A program made the position numbers and the translations under genes. The notes below the pieces were generated by a model. It searched no databases. It saw only the letters and a program-made list of their open reading frames with translations, and was not told the DNA's origin. 34,664 nucleotides of DNA. Source: an uncultured bacterium. Lineage in GTDB: Bacteria > Cyanobacteriota > Vampirovibrionia > Gastranaerophilales > Gastranaerophilaceae. Positions 1 through 9,600 of this stretch are shown piece by piece; position 1 is the stretch's first letter, and every line of letters starts with the position of its first letter. Location: positions 1 through 34,664 of the forward strand of contig CANSKM010000001.1 in the NCBI GenBank assembly GCA_947647475.1, written 5' to 3'.

Positions 1-1
1 C

Positions 2-916
2 GGCGGCCCTGCGGGGATGAACGCGGCACTATATGCAAAAAGAGGGGATGTTGATGTTGCAATAATCGATACATCAACCCTTGGCGGCCAGCCTGTAAAT
101 TATTTAGAGATTGAAAATTATCTCGGGTTTGATTCCATTGAAGGTTGGGAATTAGCAGAAAAATTTGAACACCACGTTGATAAATTTAACATTCCAAAAT
201 TTATGATGGAAGAAATTAAAGAAATCGACCTGGTTTCAGACATTAAAACAATCAAAACCCTTAAAGGGGAATATAAAGCGCGCACGGTGATTATTGCAAC
301 CGGTGCAAGCGCTGCAAAATTAGGCATTAAAGGCGAGCTTGAACACATAGGAAAAGGCGTAAGCTATTGTGCCGTGTGCGACGGAGCGTTTTATAGGGAT
401 AAAACGGTTGTGGTTGTTGGCGGCGGAAACGCAGCAGTTGAAGAAGCCTGCTACCTTACAAAGTTTGCAAAAAAAGTTTATATAATCCACAGGCGCGATG
501 AGCTTCGTGCGGATAAAATCGTTCAGGAACGCGCCTTTAAAAACGAAAAAATCGAATTTGTGTTTGATACTGTGCCATTAGAGATTAATTCAAATGCGGA
601 AGGTTGTGTCGGCACAATTAAGGTTCAAAATGTTAAAACAAAAGAAATTAAAGACATTGAAACCGACGGCGTTTTCCCTTATATCGGCTTCACACCGAAT
701 GTTCAGGGTTTTTCAGGGCAGATGATGCAGGATGAAAAAGGTTTTATTAAAGTGGATGAAACCATGAGAACAAGCACTATGGGTGTGTTTGCCGTGGGTG
801 ATGTTCGTGTAACACCTTTAAGACAAGTGATTACAGCCGTTGCAGATGGTGCAATCGCCGGAGTTACTGCAGTTAAATATATTGAAGAGCTGAAAACCAC
901 TGCAGTAAGTGCATAA
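2..916 (+). CDS. trxB: Thioredoxin-disulfide reductase (low-Mr type), 5' end cut by the window edge
   Basis: The track ORF is 17..916, but the frame stays open to nt 2, where nt 2-16 read GGPAG (the end of the FAD GxGxxG loop). It has the redox-active CAVCDG motif, a second dinucleotide fold VVVGGGNAAVEEA, and the HRRDELRA NADPH motif. Confidence 0.9.
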   Translation, partial: GGPAGMNAALYAKRGDVDVAIIDTSTLGGQPVNYLEIENYLGFDSIEGWELAEKFEHHVDKFNIPKFMMEEIKEIDLVSDIKTIKTLKGEYKARTVIIATGASAAKLGIKGELEHIGKGVSYCAVCDGAFYRDKTVVVVGGGNAAVEEACYLTKFAKKVYIIHRRDELRADKIVQERAFKNEKIEFVFDTVPLEINSNAEGCVGTIKVQNVKTKEIKDIETDGVFPYIGFTPNVQGFSGQMMQDEKGFIKVDETMRTSTMGVFAVGDVRVTPLRQVITAVADGAIAGVTAVKYIEELKTTAVSA

Positions 917-981
917 GGTGTAATTAAAAACCCAAATTTATTGGGAAATTTGATGCAAATTTTTGGAGGAATTTTAAGAAA

Positions 982-1968
982 ATGAAAGCACTGGTATATG
1001 ATAACGCCTGGGGAGAGGGCAAAGACGGCCTAAAACTTGTTGAAGATTATAAAAACCCGACCCTAAAAGCGGGCGAAGCCCTTATAAAAACAACCCTTAT
1101 GGGAATTTGTAACACGGATGAAGAAATTACAAAAGGCTATATGGGCTATAAAGGCGTTTTGGGACACGAATTTACCGGTGTTGTTACTGATGTTTTTGAC
1201 GATGCAGATAAATCCTGGATTGGGAAAAGAGTTGTAGGAGAAATTAACGCGGGGTGCAAAAGCTGCAAATGGTGTGCAAGCGGTCTTGAGCGGCACTGCC
1301 CGAACCGCGGAACCCTTGGTATTTGGCAAAAAGAAGGGTGCTTCAGCGAATATTTTACCCTTCCTGTTTCAAACCTGCTTGAAATTCCCGCAAACGTGAG
1401 TGACGAAGAAGCTGTGTTTGTGGAGCCTTTGGCCGCTGCGTATGAAATTATCGAGCAGGTGCACATAAAGCCGACGGATAAAGTGGCGCTTCTTGGGGAC
1501 GGCAAGCTCGGGCTTTCAATCGCACTTGTTTTGGGGGCATTAAACATTGATTTATACCACATCGGGAAACATCAAAACAAACTTGATATTTCAAAAAATG
1601 CGGGCAACAAAACAATGCTTTTATCTGAAATTCAGGGTTTAGAAGGCATGTTCGATGTTGTAATCGAGGCAACAGGCTCTGTGGGCGGTTTTGAAACTTC
1701 TTTAAGCCTTACAAAGCCGCGCGGAATCCTTGTTTTAAAGAGTACAATTGCTGCAAAAGAAGGGCTGAACCTTGCTTCCGTTGTAATAAATGAAATTACG
1801 GTTGTCGGGTCAAGATGTGGCCAATTTTCGCCTGTAATCAGGCTTTTAGAGAAAAAAGCGATAGATACAAAACCCTTAATTACAAAAATTTTGCCTTTTG
1901 AAAAAGCGGTTGAGGGGTTTGAATTAAACCGCCAAAAAGACACACTGAAGGTGATTTTGAAGGTGTAA
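982..1968 (+). CDS. Zn-dependent medium-chain dehydrogenase/reductase (alcohol/polyol dehydrogenase family)
   Basis: 328 aa. It has the GHE motif (VLGHEFTG), a structural-Zn Cys cluster CKSCKWCASGLERHC, and a Rossmann GDGKLG. The substrate cannot be assigned. Confidence 0.85.
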   Translation: MKALVYDNAWGEGKDGLKLVEDYKNPTLKAGEALIKTTLMGICNTDEEITKGYMGYKGVLGHEFTGVVTDVFDDADKSWIGKRVVGEINAGCKSCKWCASGLERHCPNRGTLGIWQKEGCFSEYFTLPVSNLLEIPANVSDEEAVFVEPLAAAYEIIEQVHIKPTDKVALLGDGKLGLSIALVLGALNIDLYHIGKHQNKLDISKNAGNKTMLLSEIQGLEGMFDVVIEATGSVGGFETSLSLTKPRGILVLKSTIAAKEGLNLASVVINEITVVGSRCGQFSPVIRLLEKKAIDTKPLITKILPFEKAVEGFELNRQKDTLKVILKV

Positions 1969-2168
1969 GAAAGCAAAAAAAAGGAACCGATATCCTCAGT
2001 TCCACTGTATTGCCATCACCAGTTAGATATAAATTGCATAAATTGTGTTGTGCTTATAGTCCTATACTAGATTATTTTTCAAGTTTTAGTAATTAGCATA
2101 AAGTTAGAAATTTGTAATACTAAAGTATAAATTTTAATGCTATAATTCAAATTGAAAATATAGGAAAA

Positions 2169-4550
2169 ATGTCAAAAATGCCTGCCGATATTACACAAAA
2201 AGCATTAACTTTAGATAAACTGGAAGTAAAAAAAAGCGCAATAGTGGCTTCTGTTGATTGTGACGATGAAGCGTTAAGGTCGCACATCCTTGATATGGGC
2301 TTAACTCCCGGGGTTCGCGTTCATTTAATAAAAACTGCCCCAATGGGAGACCCGCTTGAAATAAGGCTTAGAGGCTATGAGCTTACTTTAAGAAAAGCGG
2401 ATGCCGCAAAAATTACCATAACGAATATTAACACAGAAACCCTTGAAACGCGCAAAAACATTGAATTTACATCAATTGAGCACTCTAAAATCGGTGAAAG
2501 CGAAAGCTATGAGTATAAAAAAAGCACAAAAAAGTCAAAAGACAAAATAACTTTAGCCCTTGCCGGAAACCAAAATTGCGGCAAAACAACGCTTTTTAAT
2601 CAATTAACAGGCTCAAACCAGCGCGTAGGGAACTTTCCCGGGGTCACTGTTGATAAAACCGACGGCAATTTAAAAAAATATAAAGACATTACAATTACCG
2701 ACCTGCCCGGAATTTACTCGCTTTCGCCCTATTCAAACGAAGAAATTGTTACAAGAAATTTCATCCTAAAAGAAAAGCCTGACGGCATTATAAACATCAT
2801 AGATGCCACAAACATTGAAAGAAACTTGTTTTTAACGATGCAATTAATCGAACTCAACGTTCCTATGGTAATTGCGCTGAATATGATGGATGAATTTACA
2901 AAAGCAGGCGGCAGTATAGACATTAACGGCCTTGAAAACCAGCTTGGCATCCCCGTTATCCCGATTTCTGCGCTGAAAAACGAAGGTATAGGCGAACTTA
3001 TAGAGCATGCTGTAAATGTTGCAAAATTTGAAGAATATCCGCACCGTTTGGATTTTTGTACTCCAAACTGTGGAAAAGCAGGCGCTGTGCACAGATGCCT
3101 CCATTCAATCCTCCATATCATTGAAGACCACGCAAAAACAGCCGATATTCCGCTTCGCTTTGCCGCATCAAAGCTTGTAGAGAAGGATTCGCTGATAATT
3201 GAGGCGTTAAATCTTGATAATAACGACATGGAATCCTGTAACCAAATAATAAAGCAGCTTGAAGAGGATGTTTGCCTTGATAACCGCGCTGCAATGTGCG
3301 ATATGCGGTTTAATTTTATTGAAAATCTGTGCTCCAAATTTGTTTCAAAACCGGATGAAACCCCTGAATATAAGATGTCCAGGTCAATAGACAAAATTTT
3401 AACCGGCAAATACACCGCCCTTGCTTCATTCTTCCTGATTTTAGGATTTATTTTCTACATAACTTTCGGCCATGTTGGGATTTTCCTTTCTGATTGTATG
3501 GAAACCCTTGTGGATACTGTAACATGCTGGGTTGATGCAGGCCTTTCGCTTTGGGGAGTGAATGAAATTGTTCATTCTTTAATTATAGACGGTGTTTGCA
3601 CAGGTGTAGGAAGTGTTTTAAGCTTTTTGCCCGTAATTGTGATTTTGTTTTTCTTCCTTTCAATCCTTGAAGACACAGGCTATATGGCGCGCGTAGCGTT
3701 TTTTATGGATAAACTTTTAAGAAAAATCGGTCTTTCGGGAAGGAGTTTTGTGCCCATGCTGATTGGGTTTGGCTGCTCTGTGCCTGCAATTATGGCAACA
3801 AGAACCTTGCCCTCAGAAAGAGACCGAAAACTCACGATATTTCTGACTCCCTTTATGAGCTGTTCTGCAAAACTCCCTATTTATGCGCTTTTTGTGGGTG
3901 CGTTTTTTGCAAAAAACCAGTTGGAGGTGGTTTTAGGGTTGTATCTAATCGGAATTTTGGTTGGGATAATTTTTGCCTATGTTGTAAAAATTTTTATTTC
4001 CAAAGAAGAGCCCGTACCCTTTGTTTTGGAGCTTCCAAACTACAGAATGCCCAGTTTTCAAAACGTTTACAGACTGATTTATTATAAGGCAAAAGGCTTT
4101 ATAACAAAGGCTTTCACGATAATTTTCTTTGCGACAATTGTTGTGTGGTTTTTAGAACATTTTGATTACCAACTGAATATTGTTTCAGACCCGCAAAACA
4201 GCCTGCTTGCTTGGGTTGGGGCGTTTATTCTTCCTGTCTTTAAGCCGCTTGGAATTGAAGACTGGAGGATTGCAACCGCTTTTGTGACGGGCTTTATGGC
4301 AAAAGAAAGTGTCGTAAGCACGCTTACAGTGCTGCTTGGGGACGTTTCAAAATTGCCCGAAGTCTTTACAAAGCTTTCAGCGTTTGTATTTTTAGTATTT
4401 TCACTACTCTATACCCCCTGTGTTGCTGCAATAGCAACAGTTAGAAGGGAATTAAGCAAGCGATACGCTTTTCTTGTGGTGCTTTTGCAGTGTTCAATTG
4501 CCTGGGTTGTAGCATTTATAGTATATTCAGTCGGTAAAATATTTGTATAG
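2169..4550 (+). CDS. feoB: Ferrous iron transporter, FeoA-FeoB fusion protein
   Basis: 793 aa. The N-terminus has a FeoA-like segment (GLTPGVRVHLIKTAPMGDPLEIRLRGYELTLRK). This is followed by the FeoB G-domain (GNQNCGKTTLFN, DLPG) and a long polytopic membrane domain. Confidence 0.9.
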   Translation: MSKMPADITQKALTLDKLEVKKSAIVASVDCDDEALRSHILDMGLTPGVRVHLIKTAPMGDPLEIRLRGYELTLRKADAAKITITNINTETLETRKNIEFTSIEHSKIGESESYEYKKSTKKSKDKITLALAGNQNCGKTTLFNQLTGSNQRVGNFPGVTVDKTDGNLKKYKDITITDLPGIYSLSPYSNEEIVTRNFILKEKPDGIINIIDATNIERNLFLTMQLIELNVPMVIALNMMDEFTKAGGSIDINGLENQLGIPVIPISALKNEGIGELIEHAVNVAKFEEYPHRLDFCTPNCGKAGAVHRCLHSILHIIEDHAKTADIPLRFAASKLVEKDSLIIEALNLDNNDMESCNQIIKQLEEDVCLDNRAAMCDMRFNFIENLCSKFVSKPDETPEYKMSRSIDKILTGKYTALASFFLILGFIFYITFGHVGIFLSDCMETLVDTVTCWVDAGLSLWGVNEIVHSLIIDGVCTGVGSVLSFLPVIVILFFFLSILEDTGYMARVAFFMDKLLRKIGLSGRSFVPMLIGFGCSVPAIMATRTLPSERDRKLTIFLTPFMSCSAKLPIYALFVGAFFAKNQLEVVLGLYLIGILVGIIFAYVVKIFISKEEPVPFVLELPNYRMPSFQNVYRLIYYKAKGFITKAFTIIFFATIVVWFLEHFDYQLNIVSDPQNSLLAWVGAFILPVFKPLGIEDWRIATAFVTGFMAKESVVSTLTVLLGDVSKLPEVFTKLSAFVFLVFSLLYTPCVAAIATVRRELSKRYAFLVVLLQCSIAWVVAFIVYSVGKIFV

Positions 4551-4581
4551 TTGGATTTAAAGGGCTTTTTTAAGGATTTTT

Positions 4582-5973
4582 ATGGCAAAAACAAAAACAA
4601 AGTGGGTATGTCAAAACTGCGGCTATGAAACGGTTTCATACCTTGGCAGGTGCCCGGATTGCGGTCAATTCTCAACTTTTACTGAAGAAATTACCCAGGC
4701 AAAGGTGGAAATCAAGACAAATTCACCCTCAAACGCCCTTGTAGCAGGTAATTTGGGGTACAGTAAAATTGATGATATAAAGCTTGATGAAACAATTCGT
4801 GTAAAAACCGGAATTGAAGAGTTTGACAGGGTTTTAGGGGGCGGCTTTGTCGAAGGAAGCCTCGTACTCTTGGCCGGAGACCCCGGTATAGGTAAATCCA
4901 CCCTTGTATTGCAGGCAGGGAAAAACATTGCGGATTTAGGACATAAAATTTTATACATTTGTGCAGAAGAATCTCCAAGCCAGGTGAAGCTCAGAGCTCA
5001 AAGGCTTAATGCCAATTCAGATAACCTCTATGTCACGGCACAGAACTGTTTAGAGGAAGTTTTGGCCCAAATTGAGGACCTAAAGCCTGATTTTTTAGTA
5101 GTTGACAGTATTCAATCTGTCTTTAGTGCCCAAATAACAAGCTCTTCAGGCACTGTGTCCCAAATTAGGGAATGTACTAATTTACTTATGAGAACTGCAA
5201 AGCTGAAAAAGCTTACTACCATTGTGATTGGACATGTTACAAAGGAGGGAAACATTGCAGGGCCTAAGGTTTTGGAGCATATGGTGGACTGCGTTGTAAA
5301 TTTCGAAGGAGACAAATTTCGCACATACAGGATGCTTCGGAGCATAAAAAACCGTTTTGGGGCGACAAGCGAAGTAGGCGTTTTTTCAATGGACGACTGC
5401 GGTTTGACCGAAATCAAAAATCCTTCCGAATTATTTTTATCTGAAAAAGGAGAGGAAAATTGCCCGGGTTGTACGATAATTGCCACCGTGGAAGGCACGC
5501 GCTGCCTGCTTTTAGAGGTTCAAGCTCTTGTGGGCAATACTCCATACCCAAGCCCCAGGCGGGTTGCACGGGGAATTGAATATAACAGGCTCCTTCAAAT
5601 TCTTGCGGTTTTGGAAAAGCGTGTGGGCTTAAACCTAAGCAAGCAGGACGTTTACACGAATGTCATCGGCGGGGTGGATATTATTGAACCGGCTGCGGAT
5701 TTAGGGATTGCAATGGCGGTTTTAGCGTGCACGAGGGATATTTGCTGTAAAAAGGATATGGTAATAATCGGCGAAATTGGCTTGTCGGGCGAGATTAGGC
5801 AGGTTGACAACCTCGAAAAACGCTTGAAAGAGGCACAAAAGCTTGGTTTTAAGGAAGCAATAATCCCGAAAATTACCTCAGATATTATGTTACAGCGTGT
5901 TAAGAACCTGAAAATAAAGACTATACAAGTATCTCGAGTAGTTGATGCGATTTCAAAATCTTTTGCGGTTTAA
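4582..5973 (+). CDS. radA: DNA repair protein RadA/Sms
   Basis: 463 aa. It has a C4 zinc ribbon CQNCGYETVSYLGRCPDCG, Walker A GDPGIGKST, the KNRFG motif and a Lon-protease-like C-terminal domain. Confidence 0.95.
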   Translation: MAKTKTKWVCQNCGYETVSYLGRCPDCGQFSTFTEEITQAKVEIKTNSPSNALVAGNLGYSKIDDIKLDETIRVKTGIEEFDRVLGGGFVEGSLVLLAGDPGIGKSTLVLQAGKNIADLGHKILYICAEESPSQVKLRAQRLNANSDNLYVTAQNCLEEVLAQIEDLKPDFLVVDSIQSVFSAQITSSSGTVSQIRECTNLLMRTAKLKKLTTIVIGHVTKEGNIAGPKVLEHMVDCVVNFEGDKFRTYRMLRSIKNRFGATSEVGVFSMDDCGLTEIKNPSELFLSEKGEENCPGCTIIATVEGTRCLLLEVQALVGNTPYPSPRRVARGIEYNRLLQILAVLEKRVGLNLSKQDVYTNVIGGVDIIEPAADLGIAMAVLACTRDICCKKDMVIIGEIGLSGEIRQVDNLEKRLKEAQKLGFKEAIIPKITSDIMLQRVKNLKIKTIQVSRVVDAISKSFAV

Positions 5974-6161
5974 AATCCTTCTGCCCCTTCCTTTTAAGGC
6001 ATATATGTATCCTTAAAACCCTTGCAAAATGTCTCTGTTAACAATTTTTTACCCTGAAAAAAGGCATAAAACTTGTTTTTTATATTTTATAAAATCCGAA
6101 AACCCTTTTGTTTTGCTCTATCCACGAAAATAAAACGCTAAAAACCAGTGATTACAAGCTT

Positions 6162-7508
6162 TTACAGATTTACGTTTCTCATCATATCCTTGAGTGTTTG
6201 AATTGTTGTCTCCATTGAAACAAGATCGGTTGTTTTCTGTTGCAAAAATCCGTTAATTTCCGGCATAAGCTGAATTGCAATGTCGAGTTTTGGGTTTGAA
6301 CCGGCCTGATACATCCCAACGTCAATCAGGTCCTTGTTTTCGCGGTATAAAGAGAGCAATTGCCGCATTTTGCCTGCCGCTTGCTGGTGTTCTTTGTCTG
6401 TAATCGTTGTAAACAGCCTTGAAATAGACCCAAGAGTGTCAATTGCAGGGTAGTGGTTCATTTCAGCTACCTTACGGGACAAAAATATGTGCCCATCAAC
6501 GATTCCGCGGACAATGTCCACAATCGGATCCGTGATGTCGTCTCCTTCCATCAAAACGGTGTAAAGCGCTGTGATAGAGCCTTTTTCGGAGTTTCCGGTC
6601 CGCTCCAGTGCGCGCTGAATCCAAGAAAAAATTGAAGGCGGGTAACCCTTCATTGTGGGCGGCTCTCCAAGGGACAAACCCACCTCTCTTCCTGCCATAG
6701 CGCACCTTGTAACCGTATCGGTCATAAGGAAAACCTTCTTTCCCTTGTCTCTGAAGTATTCGCAGACTGATGTTGCCGCAAGCAGGCATTTCATACGGAT
6801 TAGGGGAGGTAAATCCCCCGTAGCGCAAACTACGACTGATTTTTTCATACCCTCCGGGCCGAGAGAATCTTCCATAAATTCTTTAACTTCGCGGCCGCGT
6901 TCGCCGATAAGCGCCATGACATTGACATCTGCCTCTGAATTTCGCGCAATCATACCAAGAGTGGTGCTTTTGCCGACCCCGGACCCTGCAAATAAGCCCA
7001 TACGTTGGCCTGTGCCCATTGTAAGAAGGGAGTCAATCGCTCTAATTCCCGTGGAAAGCGTGTCTTTGATAATCGGCCTTTTAAAAGGATCCGGCACAGA
7101 GCCGTTAATATTTACATATTCAGCGTTTGTAACATCAAGCGGATGTCCGTCCATCGGCTCCCCGAGCGGGTTTATAAGGCGCCCCAAAAGGAAGTCGCCG
7201 ACAGGCAGCATAATTGGCCCGCCCGTACTTTCTACAAGGCTGCCCTGGCCGATGCCTTCGCCGTCATAAAGGAGCAAAAGCTGCGCCACATCGCCCTTAA
7301 AGGCCTGTACTTCGGCTGCTTTTTTTTCGCCTGTGTAGGTTTGAATGTAGCACAAATCGCCAATTTTAAGCCCCGGAAGCTTTACATCCACGGTAAGCCC
7401 CAAAAGCTTTGATACAACGCCCTTATACTCATAAAGCTTAGTGTTTTCGAGGATATTCAGGGCCTTTGTTTTTGTATTATGAACTTTTAATTCGACATTT
7501 TCGTCCAT
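6162..7508 (-). CDS. fliI: Flagellar/type III secretion ATPase, FliI/YscN family
   Basis: Walker A is GSGVGKSTTLGMIARN. Other family motifs are IGERGREV, LMTDTVTRCAMAGREVGLSLGEPPTMKGYPPSIF and HYPAIDTLGSISR. The track ORF (to 7595) overlaps the 3' end of the upstream XRE gene, so I trimmed the start to the ATG at 7508 (MDENVELK...). There is no obvious SD, so the start is uncertain. Confidence 0.85.
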   Translation of the reverse strand: MDENVELKVHNTKTKALNILENTKLYEYKGVVSKLLGLTVDVKLPGLKIGDLCYIQTYTGEKKAAEVQAFKGDVAQLLLLYDGEGIGQGSLVESTGGPIMLPVGDFLLGRLINPLGEPMDGHPLDVTNAEYVNINGSVPDPFKRPIIKDTLSTGIRAIDSLLTMGTGQRMGLFAGSGVGKSTTLGMIARNSEADVNVMALIGERGREVKEFMEDSLGPEGMKKSVVVCATGDLPPLIRMKCLLAATSVCEYFRDKGKKVFLMTDTVTRCAMAGREVGLSLGEPPTMKGYPPSIFSWIQRALERTGNSEKGSITALYTVLMEGDDITDPIVDIVRGIVDGHIFLSRKVAEMNHYPAIDTLGSISRLFTTITDKEHQQAAGKMRQLLSLYRENKDLIDVGMYQAGSNPKLDIAIQLMPEINGFLQQKTTDLVSMETTIQTLKDMMRNVNL

Positions 7509-7548
7509 AATGACATTATAATGATTTTTTCGCCTGCGGGCAAAAAGG

Positions 7549-7767
7549 TTAATCTTCAAAGTCGAATAGGTCTTTAAGGGGGATTTCAAGGGCATTTGCG
7601 ATGGCGATTATTGTTCTGAAGGAGGGTCTTGAAATTGAAACTTCAATTTTCCCCATAAAATCAAGACTTATGTTGCTTTTTTCTGCTAATTTTTCTTGGG
7701 TAAGGCCTCGTAATTCCCTGTATTTCTTAATGTTTAAGCCCAGCTTTTTATAAATTTCTTTGTGCAT
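7549..7767 (-). CDS. XRE-family helix-turn-helix transcriptional regulator (72 aa)
   Basis: It has a typical HTH_3 pattern, LRGLTQEKLAEKSNISLDFMGKIE. It ends 40 nt upstream of fliI on the same strand. Confidence 0.8.
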   Translation of the reverse strand: MHKEIYKKLGLNIKKYRELRGLTQEKLAEKSNISLDFMGKIEVSISRPSFRTIIAIANALEIPLKDLFDFED

Positions 7768-7798
7768 AATTACAGCGTAGTCGTAAAATTTTATTAAG

Positions 7799-7821
7799 TT
7801 TACTGTCTGTGTAACAGTAAA
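7799..7821. promoter_or_regulatory. Perfect 8-bp inverted repeat TTTACTGT-N7-ACAGTAAA, candidate operator
   Basis: The left arm is 7799-7806 and the right arm is 7814-7821. It sits in the 88-nt divergent region between the XRE gene (start 7767) and the 72-aa gene (start 7856). Confidence 0.45.
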
Positions 7822-7855
7822 AATGCTAAAATGGAAACAAACAAAAGGAGGGATT

Positions 7856-8074
7856 ATGAAAGAAAACTGTTCGATTTTGGAAATAAAAAGGATGGAAATC
7901 GCGGAAAGCGCCCTTGAAGCAAGGGTTTTGTTTGAAAAAATTTTAACAGGCGAAAAAGGCCCTGATTCTGAAATCCTTGCAGGGCTTGGTAAAAAGGTTT
8001 GTGGGTCGATGATAAAAAAATGTGAAGAATTTGAAATTTTGATAAGCGAAGCAAGAAAAACGCTTGAAAACTAG
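7856..8074 (+). CDS. Hypothetical small helical protein (72 aa)
   Basis: The track ORF is 7823..8074. An internal ATG at 7856 is preceded by a strong SD, AAAGGAGGG (7844-7852). I recognise no motif. Confidence 0.55.
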   Translation: MKENCSILEIKRMEIAESALEARVLFEKILTGEKGPDSEILAGLGKKVCGSMIKKCEEFEILISEARKTLEN

Positions 8075-8123
8075 ATATCACACGGGTTTTAGCGTTTTAA
8101 TTATAGCTAAAAGCTTTATCTGC

Positions 8124-9365
8124 CTATAATAGCTCTTCCAAAATGCCGATGAGAGCGAGTTTTACGTGGAAATAGCTTAAACCCCCCTGCATATAAACAG
8201 CATAAGGCGGACGACAAGGGCCATCTGCCGAAAGTTCAATCGTGGAGCCTTCTATAAAGCTTCCACCTGCCATAATTAACTTGTCTTCATACCCCGGAAC
8301 TCCGTCAGGGATTGGTGTTAAGTAGCTTTCAACCGGTGAATGCTTTTGAAGGGCGCGGCAGAAGGCTTCTTGTGCTTTTTGTTCTTCAAATTTTATTGTC
8401 TGAATTAAATCGCAGCGCGTGCAATCGGATTTCGGGTGTGTCTTAAAACCCACGTTTTCAAAGACTTTTGCGGCAAGAATTGCACCTTTAACCGCATAGG
8501 ACACGACACTTGGGGCCATAAAAAACCCTTGAAGCATAACGCGGGTTTGGTTAAACATCGCACCGCCCTCAGTCCCGATTCCGGGCGCTGTGAGTCTTCT
8601 TGCGCACATTTCGATTAAATTTTTCTTCCCTGCAAGATAGCCGCCTGCTTCAACGATGCCGCCTCCGGGGTTTTTAATCAGGCTTCCTGCGATTAAATCT
8701 GCGCCGACATCTGTGGGCTCAAGTTTTTCGGTGAATTCGCCGTAGCAATTATCCACAAAGCAGACTATTTCAGGGTTTATGCCCTTTACAATTTTAATAA
8801 TCCGCTCAATATCGGCAACCGTCAGGGAATTTCTAAGGCTATAGCCTCTGGAGCGCTGAATTGTGACCATTTTTGTATTGGGTTTTATGAATTTTGGGAT
8901 AGAGTCAAAATCGACGTCTAAATCGTTTAAAAGCGGCACTTCATCGTATTCTACGCCCATTGCCCGAAGGGAGCAATTATAAAATTCATGATTTTCGTTT
9001 TTGCCTATAATTTCATCCAAAGTATCATAAGGGGCTCCTGCAATTGATAAAAGGGCATCTTTCGGGCGAAGCACGCCAAAAAGGGCACAGCCAATCGTAT
9101 GTGTGCCTGAAACAAAGTGTGGGCGCACGATTGCAGCTTCCGTGTTAAAAGTATCTTTAAAAACATTGTCAAGCGCTTCACGGCCCAAATCGTCGTGGCC
9201 GTAGCCTGTTACGGTATAAAAATGCTCTTCTCCGATTTTATTTTTTTGAAAGGCTTCAAGCACCTTTTTTTGGTTAAATTCTGCGATTTCATCGCTTTTT
9301 TTAAAAAGGTATTCAATTTCTTTTTCGGCCGCATTCACGATTTCGCGCGCTTTTTCTTCTATCAT
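8124..9365 (-). CDS. PLP-dependent methionine gamma-lyase-family protein (YnbB / aluminium-resistance-protein family)
   Basis: The N-terminal pattern EIAEFNQKKVLEAFQKNKIGEEHFYTVTGYGHDDLGREALDNVFKDTFNTEAAIVRPHFVSGTHTI is characteristic of this family. The track start at 9395 is a TTG. I prefer the ATG at 9365, which is preceded by AAAGGAAG. Confidence 0.8.
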   Translation of the reverse strand: MIEEKAREIVNAAEKEIEYLFKKSDEIAEFNQKKVLEAFQKNKIGEEHFYTVTGYGHDDLGREALDNVFKDTFNTEAAIVRPHFVSGTHTIGCALFGVLRPKDALLSIAGAPYDTLDEIIGKNENHEFYNCSLRAMGVEYDEVPLLNDLDVDFDSIPKFIKPNTKMVTIQRSRGYSLRNSLTVADIERIIKIVKGINPEIVCFVDNCYGEFTEKLEPTDVGADLIAGSLIKNPGGGIVEAGGYLAGKKNLIEMCARRLTAPGIGTEGGAMFNQTRVMLQGFFMAPSVVSYAVKGAILAAKVFENVGFKTHPKSDCTRCDLIQTIKFEEQKAQEAFCRALQKHSPVESYLTPIPDGVPGYEDKLIMAGGSFIEGSTIELSADGPCRPPYAVYMQGGLSYFHVKLALIGILEELL

Positions 9366-9438
9366 ACTTCTTCCTTTTGCATATTCTTGCCCCAAGGGGG
9401 TTGTTTGTTTTAAAGGCCCCGAAAACGGGGCAATTAAC

Positions 9439-9600
9439 TTAGCTTTGTTTTACAAACTGGCTTTTTCCTGCGTTGCAAATCGGGCACTTCCAGTCTTCCG
9501 GAAGCTCTGAAAACGGCGTGTTTGGTGCGATATCATTATCCGGGTCGCCGGTTTCAGGGTCATAAACATATCCGCAAAGCAGGCAAACGTATTTTTCCAT
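9439..9600 (-). CDS. Rubredoxin (53 aa)
   Basis: It is absent from the ORF track because it is under 60 aa. My translation is [53 protein letters not shown]. It has both CxxCG / CPxC iron-binding knuckles and an SD, AAAGGAGAA, 6 nt upstream. A GCCCCG-TTTT-CGGGGC hairpin lies just downstream on the minus strand (9414-9429). Confidence 0.9.
   Translation of the reverse strand: MEKYVCLLCGYVYDPETGDPDNDIAPNTPFSELPEDWKCPICNAGKSQFVKQS

Noticed and set aside
2026-2046. Possible Fur box upstream of feoAB, including the tandem ATAAATTGC/ATAAATTGT (2029-2046).
   Set aside because: By-eye alignment to the GATAATGATAATCATTATC consensus matches fewer than half the positions. The background is AT-rich.
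6655-7269. Long antisense ORFs inside fliI (6655..7269 and 7005..7412, plus strand) and inside feoB (2729..3415), the GH13 gene (18817..19221) and the secreted-protein gene (17853..18410).
   Set aside because: They lie wholly within well-supported genes on the opposite strand, have odd composition (R/S/P/C-rich) and lack an SD. I treat them as shadow ORFs.
7801-7819. TACTGT...ACAGTA resembles an E. coli-type LexA SOS box.
   Set aside because: The spacing is CTG-N9-CAG rather than N10. No lexA or SOS gene is nearby. The adjacent 72-aa XRE protein is the more economical binder.
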